Below, piece after piece: positions 1-9,176 of a stretch of DNA of 64,000 bases (position 1 is its first letter; the number at the start of each line of letters is the position of its first letter). The position numbers and the translations under genes are program-made. Origin of the DNA: Candidatus Omnitrophota bacterium (lineage in GTDB: Bacteria > Omnitrophota > Gorgyraeia > Duberdicusellales > 4484-171); assembly GCA_021735655.1 (NCBI GenBank), contig JAIPGM010000002.1:258747-322746 (forward strand). The letters run 5' to 3'. The notes under the pieces were generated by a model. The model was not told the origin of the DNA, did not search any database, and saw only the letters and a list, made by a program, of their open reading frames with translations.

Positions 1-249
1 TATTTATCCATATTAACCGGAAGAAAAACGCCCTGAGGACATTTCTTGTAGGCCAAGGATATCGGCAAGCTTGAATATATCCCAAATTTCCGAGCCTCAT
101 AAGAACAAGTTGAAACCACCCCCCTACCATTTCCTTTTTTGGGGTCAGCACCAATAATTATTGGTTTACCAGCTAAATTCGGATTATCGCGCTGCTCAAC
201 AGCAGCGAAAAAGGCATCCATATCTACATGCAGGATGTACTTTAGCATA
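1..249 (-). CDS. dinB: DNA polymerase IV (DinB/Y-family), N-terminal fragment; gene continues beyond window start
   Basis: Minus-strand translation from ATG at 249 gives [36 protein letters not shown]...[14 protein letters not shown], the canonical Y-family polymerase N-terminus. It is not in the ORF track because it is truncated by the window edge. Confidence 0.6.
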
Positions 250-373
250 ATTTTGGGTTTATTTGGCCTATTTGAAGCCTATCGGTTTTAAATGCCCTAA
301 TTATATATATTATTGATATTGTCCAAAATAGAGCTATTTTTGAGCTAAATAGGGGCATTCTAGGGGGCACTTT

Positions 374-1612
374 TTAGGGCATCTTACGAATAGCTTCGAC
401 CCGTTTCAATACCGGCGGATGACTATAATCCAAAAATACCTTTAATCGATGCGGGCTTAAATTAGAAAGATTGTTTACAGTGAGCTTTTTAAGCGCCGAG
501 ATAAAGGCCTCCGGATTTTGATAGGTCCTTACCGCATAGCGATCAGCTTCATATTCATGTTTTCGCGAAAGCAAATTACCGAATATTGAAAAAATAAAAC
601 TAATTGGTGTATAAAGGAAGCTAAAGAATATAAGCCCAGCGTAAACTGATATTTCATCCATTCTAAAAGCATTGAATAGCCCAGGATTTTTTATAAAAAA
701 TGAAAGCAGGTAAAACATCAGACCTTTAGTTAATGCTGAGAGTAAAAGACGTTTTATAATATGTTTCTTTTTATAGTGGCCAACTTCATGTGCTAAAACA
801 GAAACAATTTCTTCAGTAGTGTGTTTTTGAATTAAAGTGTCAAATAAAGCAATCCGACGAGATTTGCCTAAACCAGTAAAAAAAGCGTTAGACTTACTTG
901 ACCGACGCGACCCATCAATTTTAAAAATACCCTTTATCTTGAACTTTTGCGAATTAGCATAATCGCTAACCGCCTTTTTAAGCTCCCCATCTTCTAAGGG
1001 GGTAAATTTGTTAAAAAGCGGTAAAATTAACACCGGAGCAATAAAAATAAAAAAAGTACTTAAGAGAACCGTAGCCAACCAACACCAAAGCCAAGCTCCC
1101 TGATCGCTAAACTCGACAAAAAGACGTACAATTAAATAGAAAGCCGGACCGGCAATAATTACCAACAATATCCAGTTTTTAATTAGATCAGTAATAAAAG
1201 TTTTTACGGTAGTTTTATTGAATCCATACTTCTCTTCAATAACAAAGGTCTGATAAATAGAAAAAGGTATCTCAATAATTTGAAGTCCGAAAACAATAAT
1301 TCCGGCAAAAATTAAACCGCTAAACTCAATATTTGAGCTCAAATCTCGGGAGATTCGGTCAACTAAATTGAATCCTCCGCTTAGAATAAAAATGATAACA
1401 ACTGTCGTAAAGACGGTTTTTTGAATAAGACTAAAGTAAGTATTTTCTTTAAGGTATTTTTGCGAACGACTATAGTCCTCAGGATTATAATAACCTTCAA
1501 ATTCTGCAGGTAGACTAAAACCAACTGAGGAAATATTTAACATCTCTACGGTCACCCGCAAGACATACTCGCCGATTAAAATAGCTAAAATAATAACTAA
1601 ATAAGGATTCAT
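374..1612 (-). CDS. M48-family zinc metalloprotease, Ste24/CAAX-prenyl-protease-like, multi-TM
   Basis: HEVGH zinc motif plus downstream EYEAD; several predicted TM helices; length 412 aa typical for Ste24-type M48A. Confidence 0.7.
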   Translation of the reverse strand: MNPYLVIILAILIGEYVLRVTVEMLNISSVGFSLPAEFEGYYNPEDYSRSQKYLKENTYFSLIQKTVFTTVVIIFILSGGFNLVDRISRDLSSNIEFSGLIFAGIIVFGLQIIEIPFSIYQTFVIEEKYGFNKTTVKTFITDLIKNWILLVIIAGPAFYLIVRLFVEFSDQGAWLWCWLATVLLSTFFIFIAPVLILPLFNKFTPLEDGELKKAVSDYANSQKFKIKGIFKIDGSRRSSKSNAFFTGLGKSRRIALFDTLIQKHTTEEIVSVLAHEVGHYKKKHIIKRLLLSALTKGLMFYLLSFFIKNPGLFNAFRMDEISVYAGLIFFSFLYTPISFIFSIFGNLLSRKHEYEADRYAVRTYQNPEAFISALKKLTVNNLSNLSPHRLKVFLDYSHPPVLKRVEAIRKMP

Positions 1613-1650
1613 AAAACTATTTATTTTTTGAAGTTGAAACTGACAAGATT

Positions 1651-1840
1651 AAAAAAACCGACAAGGGCTTCACGGTGTGTCTACCGGCAACTCAGCCACC
1701 ATCATAGTCTAAGGCTCATACTCGCAAAGTTGGGGAGCGTTGCGTTTTAGGAGAGCTTGCGAATCATCTCGCCCAAGAACTATCTTAGGTCTGTCAGTTT
1801 TGCGCCCCTTACTTTCGTAAGGTTTGCCCTTATCGGCACC
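1651..1840 (-). ncRNA. Candidate structured small RNA (~190 nt), family unknown (6S-like or novel)
   Basis: GC-rich (~50%) island in AT-rich intergenic DNA between mscS-like and M48 genes. On the minus strand: perfect GNRA hairpin CCUUAC-GAAA-GUAAGG; hairpin CUUGGGCGA-GAUGAU-UCGCAAG; 5' CCGAUAAGGGC pairs with 3' GCCCUUGUCGG (11 bp closing stem) followed directly by a U7 tract. No ORF. Confidence 0.4.
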
Positions 1841-1843
1841 TTA

Positions 1844-1873
1844 ATTATACAATATTTTTGGTGCTAATTTCAA
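1844..1873 (-). promoter_or_regulatory. Sigma70-type promoter for the candidate sRNA (-35 TTGAAA, 18-nt spacer, -10 TATAAT)
   Basis: Minus strand reads ttgaaattagcaccaaaaatattgtataat with consensus-like boxes. Predicted TSS sits about 5-8 nt downstream, at the GGUGCCG that starts the closing stem. Confidence 0.35.
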
Positions 1874-1903
1874 CCCAATATTCAGAATATATATACAATA
1901 TCG

Positions 1904-2962
1904 TTACTTTGTCAGATGAACAGTCTGAGTAGGAAAAGCAAATTCAATCTTTTTCTTCTCAAATTCACCCTTAATGCCCAGGTTTATCTCTTGTTGAATA
2001 TCCATATATTTATTATAATCACTGCTAAGCACGTAATAGACTACCTCAAAAATAAGATTAAACTCACCATAAGAAAAGAAATGAGCTCGATCCAAAGTGG
2101 CACCCTCAACACCTTCAATTATCTCCCCAATAATCTTAGGTATTTCTTTTAACTTAGAAAGAGATGTGTCATAAGTAGTACCCAGCTGAAACATCACTCT
2201 TCGTTTCTGCATTCGCTTATAATTACGTAAGCGAGAATCCGTCAAATCAGAGTTAGAAAAAACTAGCTGTTCGCCGCCTAAACTGCGAATTCGAGTAGTT
2301 TTAATTCCAATGTTTTCTACTGTTCCCAAAAGATCGCCAACAATAACAAAATCGCCAACTTCAAAGGGACGGTCAAAAATAATTGAAAAATAACTAAATA
2401 AATCCTTTAGAACTGCTTGGGCAGCCAAAGCAATGGCTACACCACCAATACCCAACCCGGCAATAACCGTTGATATTTTAAAACCTAAGTTGTCTAAATA
2501 GAAAATAATAGCCAGGGCCCAAATAATAAACTTAGTAACCCTCAAAACACCCTCTAGACTATTCTTTAAAGTTTCACTGCGCCTAGACTTTCGCCAATAA
2601 ACATCTAAACTATAGGTAATTATACGAATCAATAAACGGACCGTAAAAAAAGTTATTAGCGCCATCACTAGAACGCCTAGGCCGCGATTAACCTGTTCAC
2701 TTAAGGTCAAGGTTTTAAGACTTAAGTAGAAGGCCGCAAGGTAAAAAATCGGAATAGCTATTTTCTCAATAATTTCAGCTAAGAAATCATCAATACTAGT
2801 AAGCGTCTTTGCAGCTAAACTTCTGAGTTTTTTTAAAATGATGAGCTCGAATATCTTTATTACAACACAAGCTAACAGGAATGCACCAATATGAACAATA
2901 TAATCCTGTAATGAGTTGCCAAGTATAATGTACTCTGAAAATTCTTGCATAGTTACCCCCAA
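1904..2962 (-). CDS. Small-conductance mechanosensitive channel (MscS family)
   Basis: N-terminal TM helices followed by the MscS beta domain signature (...GTVENIGIKTTRIRSLGGEQLVFSNS...). Confidence 0.75.
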   Translation of the reverse strand: MGVTMQEFSEYIILGNSLQDYIVHIGAFLLACVVIKIFELIILKKLRSLAAKTLTSIDDFLAEIIEKIAIPIFYLAAFYLSLKTLTLSEQVNRGLGVLVMALITFFTVRLLIRIITYSLDVYWRKSRRSETLKNSLEGVLRVTKFIIWALAIIFYLDNLGFKISTVIAGLGIGGVAIALAAQAVLKDLFSYFSIIFDRPFEVGDFVIVGDLLGTVENIGIKTTRIRSLGGEQLVFSNSDLTDSRLRNYKRMQKRRVMFQLGTTYDTSLSKLKEIPKIIGEIIEGVEGATLDRAHFFSYGEFNLIFEVVYYVLSSDYNKYMDIQQEINLGIKGEFEKKKIEFAFPTQTVHLTK

Positions 2963-2981
2963 AAAAATATCAGTTAAACTG

Positions 2982-4175
2982 TTAATTTTCCGAAATCGAA
3001 TACCGAACTTTAGATTTTTGTATTTCCAAAGTGCTAGCCAGTTCGGTTTCAGTTACAAACCCGAGTTCTTTTAAAATTTCTCCAAGCATAATTCCTCTTT
3101 TCCAATGAATTAAAAGAGCTTCATCGAGCTGATTTTGAGAAATTGCCTTTCGTTCAATTAATATCTGACCTAAAGGTTTATCATTGGTTGTCTTTCGATG
3201 ATAGATTTCCGGTGTTGCGTCTTTATTTGTTTTGGTGTCACGACGATCAACCATAAATTTGCTCTCAGGGATAGTTTTGAGGTAACGCTTTATTTCGGTA
3301 ACTTTTTCATTAAGCTGAATCATATTTTCGATACCAGAAGTGTACTCTCGATTGACTACGGCAATCGAAATTGTCATCAAAGGTGTATTTGTTAATTTAC
3401 GAGTTCGATCGCGATTAACCACAAAACCTTGGTTGCGATCTATTTCAGAGTAATGAAAAGGAATAATCGTATCGAAACTTTTAATAAAATTGTGGCATAT
3501 TTGTGCGTATTTATCCATGGTGCTGATAAAAACAAAATCATCTCCTCCAATATGACCGATAAAATCATCAGAATTTCCGAATTTTTTTACCGCGTCAATT
3601 AACAAGTGAGTTGTATGAAGAATTACTCCGTCACCTTTACGGTAGCCATAGACATCATTGAAAGATTTAAAATTATCAATATCTAAATAAGCAAATGAAA
3701 ATGGTTTTCCAGTTTTAAACTTTTCATTTAAGGCATCCTCAAATATTTTAGCACCAGGAAGACCAGTTAAGGAACTCGCATAAATACTGTGTTGGGCGCG
3801 TCTTGCAGCCATTTCAATTCGAATACGTAAATCAAGCGGGTCTGGTGGTTTTATCAAATAATCATCGACTCCTTGCTTTAGACTTAATAATTGAGCGCGT
3901 AATTGCCGCTTATTGATTAAAGTTATGACCGGAGTAAAAGCAGTGGCAAAATTTTCTTTTAAAAGCCGACACATGGCTAATTGTTCTTTACGGGCTGATT
4001 GAATATCAATGACTATGACATCAGGGGAAATTCTTTTTATTTTTTCGATATCTTGCGGTTGAGTAAATTCACGTAGGAAAACTTCGTATCCCCAACCGTC
4101 AAAACAAAAGCGCAGAACCTCTTTTAATTGACTATCCGAAGAGATAATTAAAATTTTATGTATAGTATCAATCAT
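2982..4175 (-). CDS. Response regulator: REC domain + degenerate GGDEF (GGDDF) + C-terminal MshEN/T2SSE_N-like c-di-GMP-binding domain
   Basis: N-terminal receiver (DVIVIDIQ... phospho-acceptor Asp region); central diguanylate-cyclase fold with HIGGDDFVFI; C-terminal LGQILIERKAISQNQLDEALLIHWKRGIMLGEILKELGFVTETEL resembles the GspE-N/MshEN motif. Confidence 0.65.
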   Translation of the reverse strand: MIDTIHKILIISSDSQLKEVLRFCFDGWGYEVFLREFTQPQDIEKIKRISPDVIVIDIQSARKEQLAMCRLLKENFATAFTPVITLINKRQLRAQLLSLKQGVDDYLIKPPDPLDLRIRIEMAARRAQHSIYASSLTGLPGAKIFEDALNEKFKTGKPFSFAYLDIDNFKSFNDVYGYRKGDGVILHTTHLLIDAVKKFGNSDDFIGHIGGDDFVFISTMDKYAQICHNFIKSFDTIIPFHYSEIDRNQGFVVNRDRTRKLTNTPLMTISIAVVNREYTSGIENMIQLNEKVTEIKRYLKTIPESKFMVDRRDTKTNKDATPEIYHRKTTNDKPLGQILIERKAISQNQLDEALLIHWKRGIMLGEILKELGFVTETELASTLEIQKSKVRYSISEN

Positions 4176-4183
4176 TTAAACTA

Positions 4184-7100
4184 TTATACCACTTTCTTCT
4201 GTTCCTCAATTATTTTTTGGGCTATTTCCTTTGGTACCTGGGTGTACTTTTTAAAATGCATTGAGCAACTTGCCCGGCCACTAGATAAAGACCTAAGATT
4301 GGTTACGTAACCAAACATTTCCGAAAGTGGAGCCTCAGCCGAAATTAGCTTTTGGTTACCTTTTGAATCCATACCTAAAATTTTCCCCCGACGCGCACAA
4401 AGATAACCAACAATACCACTAGTATGCTCTTCTGGAGTAAGTACTTCCAAGCTCATGCAAGGCTCAAGAAGAACCGGACTCGCTTTTAAAAAAGCGTTTT
4501 TAAAGCAAGTTCTTGCAGCAATTTTAAACGCTAACTCTGAAGAATCAACTTCATGGTATGAACCATCAACGAGCTTTACCTTAACATCGACCACCGGATA
4601 ACCGGCATAAGAACCTTTTTTCATTGCTTCAATAATACCTTTCTCAACTGCCGGTATATAGTTTTTAGGTATTGCTCCACCTTTAATGCTATCTTTAAAT
4701 TCAAAACCAGCAGCTTCTTCATTAGGAGAAAGCTCAATCGCTACGTGGCCGTATTGGCCTCTGCCTCCGCTTTGCTTAGCATGTTTATACTCTTCGCTAG
4801 TAGACTGAAGGATTGTTTCTTTATAGGCAACTTTAGGCTGACCGGCCTGCGCTGAAACCTTAAATTCTTCCTTCAAACGTTCAACGATTATTTCAAGATG
4901 TAATTCTCCCATACCAGAAAGAATTGTTTCAGAGGTTTCCTCGTCGGTATGAGCGTTAAAAGTGGGGTCTTCTTCTGCTAGTTTAGCTAAACCCTTGGCC
5001 ATCCTATCCTGATCGGAACGACTCTCCGGTTTTATGCTGATTGAAACGACTGGCTCAGAAAATTCAATTGACTCAAGTAATATTGGATTTTGAATGTCAG
5101 AGAGTGTATCGCCGGTTAAAGTGGAACTGAGACCGACAATTGCCGCAATATCACCGGCAAACACTGCGTCAACATTTTCTCGTTGGTTAGCATGCATTCG
5201 AACAATTCTCCCGATACGCTCTTTTTTATTTTTAGTTGCATTTAAAACATAAGTTCCGGCCCTTAAGCATCCCGAATAGATTCGAGCATAGATCAATTTA
5301 CCTACATGCTGGTCAGCTTGGACCTTAAAAGCAAGCGCTGAAAAAAATTCATCATCTTGAGGCTTACGTTCCAAGCTTTTTTCTTTATCATCGGGGTCAG
5401 AACCAATAACTGGCGGAATTTCAGCCGGAGAAGGTAGATAGGCAACAACTGCATCAAGCAAGTCTTGAACACCCTTATTTTTTAATGCTGACCCGCAAAA
5501 AACCGGAACAATCTTATTTGAAACTGTAGCTTTGCGCAAAGCCTCAGTCAGATCGTCTTTGCTGATTGACTCCTCTGACTGTAAGTATTTTTCCATTAAT
5601 TTACCATCATAAGAGGCTACCCGATCAACCAAACTATGGCGGTATCTTTGAGCGATTTCTTTATAGCTTTCATGAATATCTTCCGACCTAATATCTTTGC
5701 CTAAGGATTCGTCATTATAAAGATGCATTTTCATATTAATAAGATCAATTATGCCTTTAAAGTCACCTTCCTTACCGATCGGTATCTGTAAGGCAACTGG
5801 TTTAGCCCCAATAGTATTTTCGATCTCTTCTAAAACCTTAAAAAAATCAGCCCCGACCCGATCCATTTTATTTATAAAGGCTATCTTCGGTACATGATAT
5901 TTATCCGATTGGCGCCATACGGTTTCAGTTTGAGACTCTACTCCTCCCACCGCACAAAATACAGCAACTGCCCCATCTAGGACCCTTAACGATCTTTCAA
6001 CTTCAGCGGTAAAATCAACGTGGCCGGGGGTATCAATAATAGTAATTTGGCAATCTTTCCAACTACAAGTGGTTGCAGCTGAAGTTATAGTTATACCTCT
6101 TTCCTGTTCTTGTTTCATCCAATCCATCTGAGCTGCCCCGTCATGAACTTCGCCGATTTTGTGCGACCGGCCGGTATAGAAAAGAACTCTTTCAGTAAGA
6201 GTAGTTTTCCCAGCATCAATATGGGCCATAATCCCAATATTACGGATCTTGCCCAGTTCTATTTTTCTCTCCGGCAGTGGCTCCTCTACTTTTTTTACTG
6301 CTTCAGGCTTAGGCTCGGCTTGTATTTCTGGTTCTTGAGCCGATAGCTCCGGAGTCACTTCTTCACTTGCGGTTTCAGGTTGCCCTTGGGTCAAATCTTT
6401 AGTTTCACCTTCCTGCCCTTGGATTAAAGATTCGTCTTCCTTTAGCGATTCTTTATCTGAAGGTAACTCTTCAAATTCCTTAGTTTCTGAAATAGGTTCA
6501 CTTGGCTGCGCCTGAACTAACTCATTCTCAAGATTGGAAGATTCTTTTTGAGAATCACCGTCCTCAATTAAAAGAATATCTGCTAACTCATCGTCCTTAA
6601 TAACGCCGCTTCGTTTAATCTCGCGTAATTTATTAAGAATACGAATCCGCTCCTGATCAATTTTTTCGATATCTTTACCTTTTAGCTCCAACTCCTTAGA
6701 TTTAATCTCTAACTCATTTTTTAATTCTTCACTTTGTTCTTCTAAAAGAGAGTACTCTTCTTTAGATACCCATTCGCTTTGACGTTGTTTTTCTTTCATT
6801 TGAGCAACTTCAGCAGCATGTGCGACAGTTTCTTTAGATAGCTGGTGCATTCTTTGAGTCTGATCTTTTAGCTCACTTTCCAAAGAAATAATCTTATCTT
6901 TCAATTGATTGATATTGACTTCACGAATTTTGATTACTTCTTCAGCTTGATCAAGTTCTTTTTTAAACTGCACACTCCGGGAAAACTCTTTCTCTAAATC
7001 CTTTTCCTTAGTAATCAATTTAACTCTCAAAGCCTCATAGGGACCTTTTCCTTTTTTCAAAGTAAGCTGCTGACTATTAAGCCATTTTTTATTGCGGTTA

Positions 7101-7393
7101 ATTTCCTCGCCCAATTCTTTAGCCTTGAGGCTAAGCTTTTGATGCTCATCTTGCAAGCTGAGATACTCAGCCTGAGTTTTTGTTAAGGCGACAATTTCAT
7201 TTTTTAATTTTGTTAGTTCCCTTTTTGAAGATTTAAGGTTTTCTGACAAGGCAGAAATTTTTTGTTGTTGCAAGTCAGGCTTAAGGCCAAACTTTGTACC
7301 CAGAGTACCTTTTAAAACTGAATCATCTTCGTTGTTAACTAAATACAGTACTAGGGCAATCGATACTCCAATTACAACAAAAATTAAAGTCAT
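4184..7393 (-). CDS. fusA: Elongation factor G homolog with ~370-aa N-terminal extension (TM helix + coiled coil + acidic linker)
   Basis: Residues ~375-1069 are full-length EF-G ([38 protein letters not shown], domains II-V). The upstream 370 aa are in the same uninterrupted frame: [19 protein letters not shown] (TM), a long heptad-rich K/E/L coiled coil, then an E/P/Q-rich linker. No ATG/GTG/TTG lies just before the EF-G core. Confidence 0.8.
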   Translation of the reverse strand: MTLIFVVIGVSIALVLYLVNNEDDSVLKGTLGTKFGLKPDLQQQKISALSENLKSSKRELTKLKNEIVALTKTQAEYLSLQDEHQKLSLKAKELGEEINRNKKWLNSQQLTLKKGKGPYEALRVKLITKEKDLEKEFSRSVQFKKELDQAEEVIKIREVNINQLKDKIISLESELKDQTQRMHQLSKETVAHAAEVAQMKEKQRQSEWVSKEEYSLLEEQSEELKNELEIKSKELELKGKDIEKIDQERIRILNKLREIKRSGVIKDDELADILLIEDGDSQKESSNLENELVQAQPSEPISETKEFEELPSDKESLKEDESLIQGQEGETKDLTQGQPETASEEVTPELSAQEPEIQAEPKPEAVKKVEEPLPERKIELGKIRNIGIMAHIDAGKTTLTERVLFYTGRSHKIGEVHDGAAQMDWMKQEQERGITITSAATTCSWKDCQITIIDTPGHVDFTAEVERSLRVLDGAVAVFCAVGGVESQTETVWRQSDKYHVPKIAFINKMDRVGADFFKVLEEIENTIGAKPVALQIPIGKEGDFKGIIDLINMKMHLYNDESLGKDIRSEDIHESYKEIAQRYRHSLVDRVASYDGKLMEKYLQSEESISKDDLTEALRKATVSNKIVPVFCGSALKNKGVQDLLDAVVAYLPSPAEIPPVIGSDPDDKEKSLERKPQDDEFFSALAFKVQADQHVGKLIYARIYSGCLRAGTYVLNATKNKKERIGRIVRMHANQRENVDAVFAGDIAAIVGLSSTLTGDTLSDIQNPILLESIEFSEPVVSISIKPESRSDQDRMAKGLAKLAEEDPTFNAHTDEETSETILSGMGELHLEIIVERLKEEFKVSAQAGQPKVAYKETILQSTSEEYKHAKQSGGRGQYGHVAIELSPNEEAAGFEFKDSIKGGAIPKNYIPAVEKGIIEAMKKGSYAGYPVVDVKVKLVDGSYHEVDSSELAFKIAARTCFKNAFLKASPVLLEPCMSLEVLTPEEHTSGIVGYLCARRGKILGMDSKGNQKLISAEAPLSEMFGYVTNLRSLSSGRASCSMHFKKYTQVPKEIAQKIIEEQKKVV

Positions 7394-7464
7394 ATTAAAA
7401 TTATATCATATCTTTGCTATAAACAAAGACTTGAGAGTTAAAATATGCGTGCTATAATAAGACC

Positions 7465-7911
7465 ATGTTAGAAGAAAAAATTTACCAGGATTTTATAGCT
7501 GCCCGCAAAGCCAAAGAAAAGGTGAGTTCTGACCTTCTCGGTATTATTCGCTCAGAACTCAAAAACAAGGCTATTGATTTAAAAAAAGATAAAGTTGATG
7601 ATACGGAAGGTTTAACAGGACTCAAAAAACAGCAAAAACGCCTCCTTGATACTAAAAAAAGTATTGCTCAGTCACAAAGAAACGATTTGATTGCTAACAC
7701 TAATCAAGAAATCGCCCTTTTAGAAAAATATCTGCCTAAACCGCTTGCTGATGATGAATTGATAAAAATTATCGAAATAGCTATTTCGGATGCTAATGCT
7801 TCCTCAATTAAAGATATGGGTCGAGTAATGAAAGAAGTGATCGCTAAGGTTGGCGTTCGGGCTGATTCGAAAAAAGTTAGCCAAATAGTTAAAGAGAAAC
7901 TTTCAGCTTAA
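7465..7911 (+). CDS. GatB/YqeY domain protein
   Basis: 148 aa with a YqeY-like helical repeat pattern and typical size; one of only two plus-strand genes in the window. Confidence 0.7.
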   Translation: MLEEKIYQDFIAARKAKEKVSSDLLGIIRSELKNKAIDLKKDKVDDTEGLTGLKKQQKRLLDTKKSIAQSQRNDLIANTNQEIALLEKYLPKPLADDELIKIIEIAISDANASSIKDMGRVMKEVIAKVGVRADSKKVSQIVKEKLSA

Positions 7912-7912
7912 T

Positions 7913-8236
7913 TTACCACTCTCCAGACCATTCAACATCGCCACTTTTGCCTATGTCTTGAAAAAGCTCCTGAATGAATTCAATAATTGGATGAGTGTTT
8001 TTTTGAGCGGCCTTTTTAATTAGATTTTCTAAACGTTGAGGTTTTTCTATTTCCTCACTAACTTTATCAAAATTAAAATCAACTTCCTTGTCAAAATAGT
8101 TTTCTAGATCTTTCATGAAAATTTTTGAATTGTAGTTTTGACGATAATCAGCTAACCTAGTTATTTTCTCAGCTCTTTGACGACGAAAAGATTCAAGTCT
8201 AGGATCCTCTTTTTCGGGCCTTTTTGAATCACTCAT
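7913..8236 (-). CDS. Hypothetical protein
   Basis: 107-aa ORF, charged and helical, no recognisable motif. Confidence 0.35.
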   Translation of the reverse strand: MSDSKRPEKEDPRLESFRRQRAEKITRLADYRQNYNSKIFMKDLENYFDKEVDFNFDKVSEEIEKPQRLENLIKKAAQKNTHPIIEFIQELFQDIGKSGDVEWSGEW

Positions 8237-8244
8237 CTTAAATT

Positions 8245-8871
8245 TTAAGGGTTAATCTTGTCACGATTCCAAGAATGCCAAGTCCGTTGTTGGTTTTCAA
8301 TTTTCCAAGAACCATCTTTTTGCTTAACAACTGAAAGATAAATCCCGGCTCCAGTAGAGCGATTCCATTGATTAGCGACATGCAAGATAGCACGAGTTCT
8401 TTGACGGTTAAAACCTACCCGAGAAAGAGTTAAAATTCCTCCTGAACTAGGATAACGGTCATAATAACTATCCCAGTGAGGATTATGATCAAAAATATAG
8501 TCAATTTCTTTTTGACTAATAATAATGTAATCGACCCGTTGATTTATAAAGCTCTCTAAAGAATAAGTCCTTACATTCTTGGCCTTAAAATCATTAATAA
8601 TTTCATCTTCTAGGACAGGCATTTGCTGTCTAACGTAGTCTAGCTCAGTTTCAATCGGTCTGCCTAATTGGTAAACGCTGGTATGATCTCGAATCAATAT
8701 CTCTTTATTTTGCTCATTTGAATACCACTCGTCAACCACCGTTGAGTAAATTAAATACTCATCCAGTTCAAAGCCATATTCATTAATACCTAAGGCATTA
8801 CCTTGGGGTAAAATGATTAAGCAGACAATCACTATGAAGATATAGCGCTTGATTTCCATTAAAAATATCAC
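8245..8871 (-). CDS. Hypothetical secreted protein
   Basis: N-terminal signal peptide (IFIVIVCLIILPQGNA); W/Y/N-rich; no recognisable catalytic motif. Confidence 0.4.
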   Translation of the reverse strand: MIFLMEIKRYIFIVIVCLIILPQGNALGINEYGFELDEYLIYSTVVDEWYSNEQNKEILIRDHTSVYQLGRPIETELDYVRQQMPVLEDEIINDFKAKNVRTYSLESFINQRVDYIIISQKEIDYIFDHNPHWDSYYDRYPSSGGILTLSRVGFNRQRTRAILHVANQWNRSTGAGIYLSVVKQKDGSWKIENQQRTWHSWNRDKINP

Positions 8872-8893
8872 TAGCTCTAAAGAGGTGAGCTCT

Positions 8894-9127
8894 TTACATC
8901 AAAGTTACTGCTTCTTGAATGAATGGTAAGATTGCTTCAGCTTCTTCTTTAGAAACTCTTCCTAAACGGGTAAGCCTAAAGTCACCGTTTGAATCCCGAT
9001 TTTCGCGGGTAATTTGCAACTTCTTAGCACCTTTGTTGTAAGAAAATACCCCGACTGTGACTTTTGTTGTTTCTGATTCCCAAGATTTAGAAAAAATCTT
9101 CTCGTCTAAATTGCTATCGTATGGCAT
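8894..9127 (-). CDS. PC4/YdbC-like ssDNA-binding small protein (tentative)
   Basis: 77 aa. Pattern VFSYNKGAKKLQITRENRDSNGDFRLTRLGRVSKEEAEAIL matches the bacterial PC4-like fold signature (xFxG...D IRE..D.dG...gkKGISL..ee...L). Confidence 0.35.
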   Translation of the reverse strand: MPYDSNLDEKIFSKSWESETTKVTVGVFSYNKGAKKLQITRENRDSNGDFRLTRLGRVSKEEAEAILPFIQEAVTLM

Positions 9128-9176
9128 ATGCCCTCCTTTTTAACCGATTTATTATATCACATAATTTACAATTCGA

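Noticed and set aside
1916-2152. Plus-strand 78-aa ORF inside the mscS-like gene (and similar 60-145-aa antisense ORFs at 3198, 6110, 9247, 9769, 10020, 14674, 15950, 18073, 18682, 19179, 21008, 26413, 28114, 29139, 29477, 30335, 30684, 31982, 33234, 34067, 34164, 38652, 39516, 39652, 40786, 42618, 43008, 43866, 44710, 48843, 49162, 49356, 49920, 52658, 54246, 56352, 58574, 60622, 61006, 62076, 63166)
   Set aside because: All lie fully inside well-supported genes on the opposite strand, have low-complexity or biased composition, and lack RBS or homology. They are judged to be frame shadows.
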